This document shows positions 1-7,310 of a stretch of 18,996 bases of DNA, in pieces (position 1 is the first letter of the stretch; each line of letters opens with the position of its first letter). The stretch is from a virus. Location of the stretch: the UHGV virus genome UHGV-0130646; one strand, 5' to 3'. The position numbers and the translations under genes are program-made. The notes beneath the pieces are model-generated. The model had not been told where the DNA came from. It ran no database searches and was given only the letters and a program-made list of their open reading frames with translations.

Positions 1-429
1 GATTTCTCTTTGATTTTTCCATCTCCAAGTGGTGATTTTGAAGTTAAAAAGGTTAATGCTGTAAATAAACTTGAGCAACTGATTAAAACCAGTATTCAAA
101 GAGGTATTGCTGAAGATGCTTTGATTAAAATAATTGAATCATTAGATGATAAATCTGATGATAAGATGTTTTCATTTGCAAGAAGGTTTTATCTTGCAGT
201 TAAACTTGTTGATAATGAAGTTATAACTGAAAATGGTTTCGATGAGCAAGATAAACATATGTATATTGAAACTCTCATTAATCTGTCTGATTTTGCAATG
301 GTTCGACTAATATGTATTATTATTGCTTATCTGTCATGGCCTAATGTTGTTTATTTGAAAAAATCACCAGAAGTGATGGGAGTTATAAAATCAACAGGAT
401 TAAATACGTATATTAATTCATTGAAATAA
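1..429 (+). CDS. Hypothetical protein, 5'-truncated at the window edge; AT-rich cargo ORF
   Basis: Frame is open from position 1 (codons GAT TTC TCT precede the TTG at 10 used by the ORF track) to the TAA at 427-429. GC content is far lower than the adjacent int gene. No motif recognised in the translation. Confidence 0.5.
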   Translation, partial: DFSLIFPSPSGDFEVKKVNAVNKLEQLIKTSIQRGIAEDALIKIIESLDDKSDDKMFSFARRFYLAVKLVDNEVITENGFDEQDKHMYIETLINLSDFAMVRLICIIIAYLSWPNVVYLKKSPEVMGVIKSTGLNTYINSLK

Positions 430-430
430 T

Positions 431-457
431 GGCTGCATTGAGCAGCCTCTTATTTTA
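431..457. terminator. Hairpin with T-rich tail between the convergent cargo ORF and int; probable bidirectional terminator
   Basis: GGCTGC (431-436), loop ATTGA, GCAGCC (442-447), then TCTTATTTTA. Sits between the stop at 427-429 and the int stop at 464-466. Confidence 0.5.
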
Positions 458-463
458 TGTGGG

Positions 464-1663
464 CTATTCGTGTGTTTTTTTAAACACGAAGTTAGCCCAC
501 CAATTCATTAAATCAATTCGTTGATAAAGGTAAGTCGAACGATTATATGCTTTACGGACTTCATTTTTATCGCTATGCGCTAATGCTGCTTCAATAACAT
601 CGGGATTAAAACCTTCCTCATTCATAGCTGTACTGGCTATAGAACGCAAACCATGTGCAACAAGCTTTCCTCCATAACCAATTCTTTTTAATGCAGCATT
701 AGCTGTCTGACTATTCATTGGTTGCTTAGGATTATTTCTACTTGGGAAAACATATTCACGATGTGCACTAATAGGCTTCATTATCTCTAAAATATCTAAT
801 GCTCGAACCGACAGAGGAACAATATGTTCTCGCTTGGCTTTCATTCGTCCTGCAGGGATCGTCCAGAGTTTATTCTCAAGATCGATCTCTGCCCATTGAG
901 TACCAGAGGCTTCAGAAGGGCGTACAAGTGTTAGAAGCTGCCATTCGATAAGGCAGCGAGTCGATACAGATAAATTAGACATGGCTAAAGAACGCATTAG
1001 ATTTGGTAGTTCTTCTGGTCGTAGTGTTGGCATGTTTTGCTTTTTTGGCTTCTCAAAGGCCATTCCAACCCCGGAAGCTGGATTGGCATCGATCAGCCCT
1101 GTATTTACGGCAAAGATCATTATCTCGTTAATGCGTTGCACTAGCCGACGTACAGTCTCTAGCGCCCCACGAGCTTTGACTGGCTCAAGCGCTTCAACCA
1201 ACGTTCGGGCTTTGATTTGCTGAACTGGGAGTTCACCAACGGCAGGGAATACATCTTTCTCCAATGAGCGCCAAATGTCTCTTGCGTAATCAGGGGTTAC
1301 GCTTTTGCTTTTAAGCTGGAACCAGTTAGCGGCGACCGTTGTAAAAATACTGTCCTGTGCGATTTGCTGCTGTTCCTCTGCAATTTCAGCTTGAATTTGC
1401 GGGTCAATTCCGTTGGCTAACAAGGAAAGGTAATCCGCTCTTAACCGTCGGGCGTCAGCAAGTGAAAGAGCTGGGAAGGTACCTAGCCCCATCATTGTCC
1501 GCTGCTTTGTTGCCGGACGTTGATAACGGAAACGCCATAACTTCTTACCGTTCGTTTTAACGAGTAGAAAAAGACCATCGCCATCATGCAACGTTAGATC
1601 CTTTTCTAACGCTTTAGCGCGCAGTACTTCTGTGTTGGTCAGGGGGCGTGTCGTTCTTGCCAA
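464..1663 (-). CDS. int: Tyrosine site-specific integrase, P4 / CP4-57 IntA family
   Basis: 399-aa ORF. The N-terminus (MARTTRPLT...DGDGLFLLV...KLWRFRY) and the C-terminal catalytic region (HGLRSIAST...EAALAHSDKNEVRKAYNRSTY) resemble P4-type integrases as I recall them. Confidence 0.9.
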   Translation of the reverse strand: MARTTRPLTNTEVLRAKALEKDLTLHDGDGLFLLVKTNGKKLWRFRYQRPATKQRTMMGLGTFPALSLADARRLRADYLSLLANGIDPQIQAEIAEEQQQIAQDSIFTTVAANWFQLKSKSVTPDYARDIWRSLEKDVFPAVGELPVQQIKARTLVEALEPVKARGALETVRRLVQRINEIMIFAVNTGLIDANPASGVGMAFEKPKKQNMPTLRPEELPNLMRSLAMSNLSVSTRCLIEWQLLTLVRPSEASGTQWAEIDLENKLWTIPAGRMKAKREHIVPLSVRALDILEIMKPISAHREYVFPSRNNPKQPMNSQTANAALKRIGYGGKLVAHGLRSIASTAMNEEGFNPDVIEAALAHSDKNEVRKAYNRSTYLYQRIDLMNWWANFVFKKTHE

Positions 1664-1774
1664 TTTGGCCGCTCCTTCATGAATTGGTATACGCGTTTAG
1701 GTATACATCCTACCGTATACCTAAACGTATACCAATAATCACTGGATTTAGCTGGATATCCTCGGACAACAGTA

Positions 1775-1805
1775 GACACAAAAAAGCCCGCAGAGCTTGT
1801 GCCAT
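1775..1805 (-). terminator. Rho-independent terminator on the minus strand, downstream of the tRNA-like core and upstream of int
   Basis: Minus strand reads GCCCGCA-loop-TGCGGGC followed by TTTTTTGTGT (plus coordinates: A-tract 1775-1780, stem arms 1781-1787 and 1799-1805). Confidence 0.55.
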
Positions 1806-1847
1806 GCGGGCTTTCAGGATTTCTCCGGACGTATCCGGAAGAGCAAG

Positions 1848-1870
1848 TGGTGGAGCTGGCGGAGTTTGAA
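1848..1870 (-). other. att core resembling the 3' end of a tRNA/tmRNA gene
   Basis: Minus strand reads TTCAAACTCCGCCAGCTCCACCA, i.e. T-loop-like, acceptor 3' half and CCA. From memory this resembles the ssrA (tmRNA) 3' terminus and does not match leuX, the P4 target. No complete tRNA gene is present. Confidence 0.5.
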
Positions 1871-2010
1871 TAAATATTGTATTGCTTTGATTTTTAATGA
1901 TTTTGTTTAATTCATTTTTTGTGCGTATACCTAATCGTATACCAATGGCTGTAAGTTAATGTGAAATGAAAGCGCATTTTTACTTGGATTGATGCTATAT
2001 CGTACAGGAA

Positions 2011-2310
2011 AAAAATTTTTTTTCGAAAGAACTGTTCACACTGTTCACCTTTCTGTTTTCTCCTTTTATTTCAGAGTGATAGGTGGTGAATAATGGGTGA
2101 AGGGTGAACATTCGATTCTTCACCTCCGGCATTCTGCCGGTGTGACTCATACCGGTGATTAATCCCCCGTACTGAAATCACTCAGGAAGAAAAAAGTTTT
2201 TTTTGATTTGATTGTTCACACTGTTCACCTTTCGTTTTTCTCTTTTAATTTCAGTATGATAACGGGTGAATATACGGTGAAGGGTGAACAGTGGATTGTT
2301 CACCTGCGGG
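2011..2310. repeat. crr-like cis replication region: two ~120-bp direct repeats (period 180 bp) carrying TGTTCACC/GGTGAACA iterons
   Basis: Copy 1 about 2011-2125 and copy 2 about 2191-2305 align nearly base for base. Each holds several TGTTCAC(C/A) or GGTGAA(CA) octamers. Matches the P4 crr architecture bound by alpha. Confidence 0.75.
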
Positions 2311-2320
2311 GGATATCGGG

Positions 2321-2347
2321 ATAAAAAAAGACCGGCAGATGCCGGTC
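2321..2347 (-). terminator. Rho-independent terminator immediately downstream of alpha (minus strand)
   Basis: GACCGGCA / TGCCGGTC inverted repeat (2330-2347) followed on the minus strand by a T7 tract (plus-strand A-run 2323-2329). Lies 17 bp past the alpha stop. Confidence 0.6.
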
Positions 2348-2363
2348 AGGTGGGTCATGAGGG

Positions 2364-4697
2364 TCAGGTTGTTGCAGGGTCGTCACATTTTGGCAGCCAG
2401 TCGCCGTAGCTTTCCTCTTTCAGCGTCAGGTTGGTCTGTATCCCCTGTTTGGTATGGCGCTTCTCGTAATTCAGTCCGTATTCCTTCAGCATCACCGGCA
2501 GCCCCAGCCCGAACATTTTCAGACTGAGTACATTCCGGTAGCCGTTTGCCTCCATGTAGGCCAGATAGGCGTGATAGAGGTATTTACGGTAATTGCGCGG
2601 GATGATACTGGCGTTCCCCATATACATGCCGCTGGTCTGCGGCAGGGTTTCCAGATAGCCGATAAAATCAAACGTCGGGTCGGCATCCCGTTTGATGTTC
2701 AGTGCCTCGTCTGAGTTCTGCTGGGACTGAAGCAGTGACCGGGCGAGCATCGGGTCGCTGAACTTCTGCATCAGGTGACGCACGATGACCGCCAGCTCGC
2801 GGGTGATTTTGTCCTTAAGCTGCGGGTCGCGCTCCTGCGGGGCTATCTGTTCCGGGAAGTGAATAATCACCCGCCGGCGTGACACGCCGCCGCTGCGGTC
2901 GGTGAAGCGCATCGGGTTATTGTTCACGGCCAGAATCACCGCCGGGATGTGCGTGGAGTACGCATCCCGGTATTTCGGGTCCACGGACACCGCATCGCCG
3001 CCGGTGATGGCCTTGAGTCCGGCACCGTCGCCGCTCCATTTTTCCTGGTCCGGCAGGCGTATCAGTGAGAAGCCAGTTAACGCGGCACGTTCACGCGGGG
3101 ATTCCAGCGTCTCGATGGTGGCCGACGTGGCGTTATCCTCCCCGGCCAGCAGGGTGGCTATTTCGGCCATGATACTTTTGCCGCTGCCGCCGGGACCGGT
3201 CACCTCCAGAAAGAGCTGCCAGTCGTAGCGGTTTGCCAGCACCATAAACAGTGCGGCCAGAATCACGTCGCGTTTTTCCGCACGGCCACCGGCGGCACGG
3301 TCAAGCCAGCGCCAGAACGCGGGGGCGTGGGTTTCCAGCGTTTCACCGTCCACCGGCGGGGTGAAATCCACATCACACAGGGTACGCATCCAGTGTGACG
3401 GACTGTGCGGGTGGAACGTGCCGTTCTGCGTGTCGAGCACGCCGTTACGAAAGCCAATCAGGCGGCGGGAGGGGGCTTCCTGCTGCGGAATAATCAGCTT
3501 CAGGGTGTCCACCACGGAGGCCACCTTCCCGGAGGAGAACGGCGCACGCAGCCGCTGAAACAGCCCGGCCACATCCCGGGCAAAGTCCTGTGGTGGCAGC
3601 ACCTTCCAGACACCATTTTCATAACGGGACAGAAGCTGGCCGTTGGCATCGACCGCGAGCGCCTCGCCGTAATGCTCATAGATACGCATGGCCTTTTCAC
3701 TGGTACTCATGGCGGAAAACTCCGCTTCGCTCATGGTGTCGAACGGGCTTTCAGCCGGTGGCCGGATGGCATCGTAAATGGCCTTACGGGTGGCTTCCCC
3801 GCCGTACTGCGTGAAGGCATCATTCCAGTCACCGAAGACCGGCGGCAGGGCAACAACACCTTCACACGCATCTGCGGCTGCGGCGGCTTTTTTCTGGCCG
3901 TCACCGCTGAGGTCACGGTCTGCGGCAAGGACAATCTGACAGGCCGGATGCTTCTGCCGGGCAAGGCTGGCCAGAGAAAGGAGGTTCACGGAAGAAAGCG
4001 CCACCATCACCGTTTCACCGGTCAGGTGATGTACGGTAAGTGCGGTCGCGTATCCCTCCGCTATCCACAGACGTTTTCCGGCCTGATTCTGTCCTTCAAG
4101 GATGTGACAGGTGCCCCTGACCTGCCCGCCTTTCAGGGTGCGCTTACGGCCGTCAGCGCTGATTAACTGAAGGTTAACAAGTTCGCCGCTGTCGTCATAC
4201 AGTGGCACCACAAGGTCACCGGCGCGCCAGCTCACGCCACCGGCTCTGTGTGTGCCGGTCAGCATCCGGCATTCCCGGCCGGGAAAGCCCTTGCGGGTCA
4301 GGTAGGCGTTACCGGTTCCGGTACGGGTTTTCGCCATCAGGGTTTGTGCCAGTGCGGCGGCGTTCTTCCGGGCAGCGTCTGTTTCAGCACCGGCGGCGGC
4401 CGTCACTGCCGGGTCAGCCGGGGGCAGGCTGCCGGTCACGGCAGCCACCTTTGTGGCCGCGTCGGACGGGGAGACACCAAACACCTTTTCAACCAGTTTC
4501 AGGCCGTCACCGGCACCACACTGATTGCAGTACCAGGTGCCGCGCCCCTCCCTGTCATCAAAACGGAAGCGGTCACTCCCGCCACAGACCGGACAGGGCT
4601 GATGACGGTTTTTCAGCACCTGAATCCCCAGCGCCGGGAGGATACGCGGCCAGTGGCCGAGCGCATGGCTGACGGTGGCGGTTACGTTCATTTTCAT
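2364..4697 (-). CDS. alpha: DNA primase-helicase (P4 alpha type)
   Basis: 777-aa ORF, the same length as P4 alpha. N-terminal zinc-binding motif CPVCGG...YCNQCG, a primase/TOPRIM-like middle region, and a C-terminal Walker A motif (GPGGSGKS). Confidence 0.92.
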   Translation of the reverse strand: MKMNVTATVSHALGHWPRILPALGIQVLKNRHQPCPVCGGSDRFRFDDREGRGTWYCNQCGAGDGLKLVEKVFGVSPSDAATKVAAVTGSLPPADPAVTAAAGAETDAARKNAAALAQTLMAKTRTGTGNAYLTRKGFPGRECRMLTGTHRAGGVSWRAGDLVVPLYDDSGELVNLQLISADGRKRTLKGGQVRGTCHILEGQNQAGKRLWIAEGYATALTVHHLTGETVMVALSSVNLLSLASLARQKHPACQIVLAADRDLSGDGQKKAAAAADACEGVVALPPVFGDWNDAFTQYGGEATRKAIYDAIRPPAESPFDTMSEAEFSAMSTSEKAMRIYEHYGEALAVDANGQLLSRYENGVWKVLPPQDFARDVAGLFQRLRAPFSSGKVASVVDTLKLIIPQQEAPSRRLIGFRNGVLDTQNGTFHPHSPSHWMRTLCDVDFTPPVDGETLETHAPAFWRWLDRAAGGRAEKRDVILAALFMVLANRYDWQLFLEVTGPGGSGKSIMAEIATLLAGEDNATSATIETLESPRERAALTGFSLIRLPDQEKWSGDGAGLKAITGGDAVSVDPKYRDAYSTHIPAVILAVNNNPMRFTDRSGGVSRRRVIIHFPEQIAPQERDPQLKDKITRELAVIVRHLMQKFSDPMLARSLLQSQQNSDEALNIKRDADPTFDFIGYLETLPQTSGMYMGNASIIPRNYRKYLYHAYLAYMEANGYRNVLSLKMFGLGLPVMLKEYGLNYEKRHTKQGIQTNLTLKEESYGDWLPKCDDPATT

Positions 4698-4711
4698 GGT
4701 GTTGTTCTCCT

Positions 4712-5032
4712 TCAGTGCAGTACCGGCGCTTTTATGTGACGGGCACAGAGTTCATCCATCACAACCAGCCCGAGAAAGGACAGCGACGGCGCGGCCTTCA
4801 GGGGGCCGGATTCCATTAAATCTTCCAGCAGGGCACAGGCTATCTGACGCCCTTTTTCCTCACCGTGCTGGCGCAGATAAAAGCCTTCCAGCTCAGCGGC
4901 GATGGCCGCCTCCAGTGATTCAAGGGTGAGATGCGGGTAGCGGTGCTGACGTTCGCACACGGTCAGCCAGGCACAGGCGACAGCGCGACGGTAAAGGGCA
5001 GCGCGTAAGACGGGCGGTAAGGGTGTTTTCAT
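4712..5032 (-). CDS. P4 orf106-like hypothetical protein
   Basis: 106-aa ORF immediately upstream of alpha in the same operon, with GGAGG 7 nt upstream of the ATG. Position and length match P4 orf106 as recalled. Confidence 0.65.
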
Positions 5033-5167
5033 TTGCTTTCCTCCCTGTGACAGATGACTGCATTCCGTGCCGGTTGCATTAACTGATAAGGCATATCTGC
5101 GTCTCCTGAAGACGTGCGTATCCCTGCGCGAATACGCACATTTAATTTTTCGGGTGTCGTTTTTTAA

Positions 5168-5623
5168 TTACAGATAATTGCGGTAACTGTTATCCGGGGT
5201 GATTTCCGGGTCAGGCTCCGTGCGGGGAATTTCCCGCCATTCCCGCGCCACCGGTGCTGCCCGGCTGACCGGAACAGGGTCCTGCGGGTAAATATCCAGA
5301 TATTTCTCACGCCATTTCTGTAATTCCGGGTCTCCGGCCATTTCTTTCAGTACCGCATGCCGGTTTACGGGGCTGCGTTTGAACAGGTCAGGACGGTCAC
5401 AGGTAAATTCCCGCAGAAAACGCCCCAGCGGGATGTCTGTGGTGCGCCCGTCAGCGAGGATACGCACAAGGATACTGAATTTACGGCGGTACGGGTTCCA
5501 GACAATGTCCGGGCAGCGGTACGGCATTTCCCACGGAATACCGTCTTCCAGAATGCCGACCACGGCCACATCGGGAAAACCGGCAGAACGGTAAATCTCA
5601 CCGGGCTGGGGAAAATCAAACAT
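5168..5623 (-). CDS. P4 orf151-like hypothetical protein
   Basis: 151-aa ORF in the left operon; its start overlaps the stop of the upstream 95-aa ORF by 8 nt. Position and length match P4 orf151. Confidence 0.65.
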   Translation of the reverse strand: MFDFPQPGEIYRSAGFPDVAVVGILEDGIPWEMPYRCPDIVWNPYRRKFSILVRILADGRTTDIPLGRFLREFTCDRPDLFKRSPVNRHAVLKEMAGDPELQKWREKYLDIYPQDPVPVSRAAPVAREWREIPRTEPDPEITPDNSYRNYL

Positions 5624-5903
5624 GCGTCCTGTCTCCCCGGTCTTTCTGCTGGGCGAGAAAATCGCGGCACAGGCCTTTGGCTTTCAGCTCATTCAGCACA
5701 AAATCAATATCTTCATTCAGGTAACTGAAAATATGCGGAATGTAGAGCTGATGCAGGCCGGAGAGTTCACGGTGAATCAAATCCCCCCCAACAAACCGGG
5801 ATACGGCGCTGGCGCGGTTGAGCTTATGGTAAGCCTCAATGCTGAGGTGTTCACGGGCGTCATGACGCGCTGAGACGGTCTGAGGGGCTTTTTTATTACG
5901 CAC
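5616..5903 (-). CDS. Small left-operon protein, possibly an epsilon-like antirepressor
   Basis: 95-aa ORF translationally coupled to orf151. Assignment to epsilon is positional only; identity is uncertain. Confidence 0.45.
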   Translation of the reverse strand: MRNKKAPQTVSARHDAREHLSIEAYHKLNRASAVSRFVGGDLIHRELSGLHQLYIPHIFSYLNEDIDFVLNELKAKGLCRDFLAQQKDRGDRTHV

Positions 5904-6495
5904 GGGACACCTCCATCACCGGCAGACGGGCAGCAAGGGAGAGCACATAGTCACGGACAAGGGAACGGCGGGCGCTGCGTTCATCACCGGCGACGGTGCG
6001 AAGCATACAGATACGGGGATGACGGTCTGCGCGACGGACAGCCGCAAACACAAAGACAAATTCAGGGTGTGAGGGGGTAAGGGTCGTAGCCATAAGGCAG
6101 CCTCCTTCGAGTAGCAAATAACTGCTATCGCCGGAGTTTCCACGCTCAATGGCGATAGCCCAGACGGGGGTGGAAATACCGGCCTCGAAGAATACCGGCC
6201 AGCCCGGAGGCTGCCCCGCCTGAGCTACCATTGACTCTGCGGCATAATGAGCGGACGCGGGCAGGATGCACGGAATGCCATCTGCACGACTGACCACACA
6301 CCACACCATAATCTGGCGCTCTGTGGCGTTGATTGCGACACAAAAAAAGACGCATGGCGCGTCATATGTCGCCTTCGAGTTACACGGGTTTCCACGCCCG
6401 GCTGCCGATTTTGCGGCAGCGGAAAAACTATATCCGCAAATGCCGGAAAAAGGCAAGCCAGAAAAAGGGACTTTTTGCAGAGCGGGCATCATCAT
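5896..6495 (-). CDS. orf199-like reading frame spanning the immunity region (kil-like N-terminus?); coding status uncertain
   Basis: Three in-frame ATGs (minus-strand ATGATGATG, plus 6487-6495) overlap the vis stop and give a 199-aa frame. In P4 this interval holds kil and the CI RNA immunity determinant, so the long ORF may not be fully translated. Confidence 0.3.
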   Translation of the reverse strand: MMMPALQKVPFSGLPFSGICGYSFSAAAKSAAGRGNPCNSKATYDAPCVFFCVAINATERQIMVWCVVSRADGIPCILPASAHYAAESMVAQAGQPPGWPVFFEAGISTPVWAIAIERGNSGDSSYLLLEGGCLMATTLTPSHPEFVFVFAAVRRADRHPRICMLRTVAGDERSARRSLVRDYVLSLAARLPVMEVSRA

Positions 6496-6758
6496 GCGTC
6501 GTACCCCCGTTTGCGTCCGGCAATGCGCCCGGCCATCCATGCGGTGACTTCAGAGTGCAGCCAGGCCACATTTTTACCGCCAAGACTCACCTGCGGCGGA
6601 AATTCCCCCTTACGGATGAGTTCATAGATGGTCGAGCGTGACAGGCCGCACAGGTGCATCACTTCCGGCAGACGTAAAAAACGCTCCTGCGTGATGTCCG
6701 GCAGCGGCATCAGTGGCGTCACAGGGGCGGGAGACGGGGAAGAAAAAACAGCTTGCAT
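6492..6758 (-). CDS. vis: Vis / AlpA-family helix-turn-helix regulator (excisionase-like)
   Basis: 88-aa ORF with an AlpA-type HTH ([44 protein letters not shown]). GAGGT lies 5 nt upstream of the ATG. Confidence 0.8.
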   Translation of the reverse strand: MQAVFSSPSPAPVTPLMPLPDITQERFLRLPEVMHLCGLSRSTIYELIRKGEFPPQVSLGGKNVAWLHSEVTAWMAGRIAGRKRGYDA

Positions 6759-6860
6759 CGGGCTACCTCGTTAATGTCCATACAGCACCGGATAAGTCCG
6801 TCCGGCTTCGGGTAGCGCTTTATTTTGTGAATATTTTCAGCAGACGCAACAGGGGGGATT

Positions 6861-6878
6861 TGTTCCGGCAGTCTTACA
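6861..6878 (-). promoter_or_regulatory. TGT-N12-ACA activator (Delta/Ogr-type) site upstream of vis; PLL-like late promoter
   Basis: TGTtccggcagtcttACA, about 100 bp upstream of the vis start codon (6758), the distance expected for a -55-centred activator site on a late promoter with a short leader. Confidence 0.5.
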
Positions 6879-6903
6879 ATGCTTGTGTATTTTTTGTTCA
6901 TCT

Positions 6904-6933
6904 CCACTTAAAGTCATTTAAAGCCACTTAAAG
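6904..6933. repeat. Three tandem 10-bp repeats (CCACTTAAAG / TCATTTAAAG / CCACTTAAAG)
   Basis: Read directly from the sequence. The 10-bp period places the copies on one face of the helix. Located between the PLL-like site and the ori1-like iterons. Confidence 0.6.
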
Positions 6934-7037
6934 CAATTCGTAATTTTTATAGTGAAATACAAATCGTTTTTTCTTATTCATTCCCGGCGAATTAATAAAA
7001 ACAAACAGTAATAAACAGCACAAAAAGTCTATGAGCG

Positions 7038-7142
7038 GGTGAACAGTGGTGAACAGACGGTGAACAGTCATTACTGCGATTGTTCACCCTTTAACTTACT
7101 GTATTACTTATCTTTTTTCTTAAGGTGAACAGAGGTGAACAG
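7038..7142. repeat. ori1-like origin iterons (GGTGAACAG x5 direct, one inverted)
   Basis: GGTGAACAG at 7038, 7048, 7058, 7124 and 7134, plus inverted TGTTCACCC at 7081, within an AT-rich stretch. Same octamer as in the crr repeats. Confidence 0.7.
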
Positions 7143-7220
7143 TAAAATATAAAAAAACAAACAGTAAGCCGGTTTTTCCTGCGACCTTTTCCTGGCTTGC
7201 CGGTCTGAGGATGAGTCTCC

Positions 7221-7276
7221 TGTGTCAGGGCTGGCACATCTGCAATGCGTCGTGTTGTTGTCCGGTGTACGTCACA
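7221..7276 (+). promoter_or_regulatory. Psid-like late promoter with two TGT-N12-ACA activator sites
   Basis: TGTgtcagggctggcACA (7221-7238) and TGTccggtgtacgtcACA (7259-7276), centres 38 bp apart, upstream of the sid start at 7311. Confidence 0.6.
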
Positions 7277-7310
7277 ATTTTCTTAACCTGAAGTGACGAG
7301 GAGCCGGAAA

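Larger units (their letters stand above)
1686..1948. other. attP-like attachment region: arm-type repeats flanking a tRNA/tmRNA 3'-end-like core
   Basis: Repeat units CGTATACCTAA(A/T)CGTATACCAAT at 1714-1737 and 1924-1946, with an inverted partial copy at 1686-1706. They flank the core at 1848-1870 and lie immediately upstream of int, as expected for P4-family attP. Confidence 0.6.

Noticed and set aside
1648-1869. 73-aa plus-strand ORF in the int-alpha intergenic region
   Set aside because: It runs through the arm repeats, the terminator hairpin and the att core; this interval is better explained as attP.
1848-1870. Possible complete tRNA gene
   Set aside because: Only about 20 nt of 3'-end-like sequence is present; the upstream sequence is AT-rich element DNA with no D-arm or anticodon-arm structure. 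Interpreted as the att core.
2011-2310. Possible CRISPR array suggested by the repeated TGTTCACC units
   Set aside because: Repeats are 8-9 bp iterons in both orientations inside two large 180-bp-period duplications, not 25-40 bp direct repeats with unique spacers.
3405-4166. 253-aa plus-strand ORF, with several other 60-160 aa ORFs on both strands between 2291 and 4929
   Set aside because: All lie antisense to or out of frame within the 777-aa alpha gene; their translations are Arg/Gly/Pro-rich, typical of spurious frames in GC-rich coding DNA.
5896-6540. 214-aa ORF as called by the ORF track
   Set aside because: Its first 15 codons overlap vis in another frame. If coding at all, the start is more plausibly the ATG triplet at 6487-6495, and the region may mainly encode an immunity RNA.
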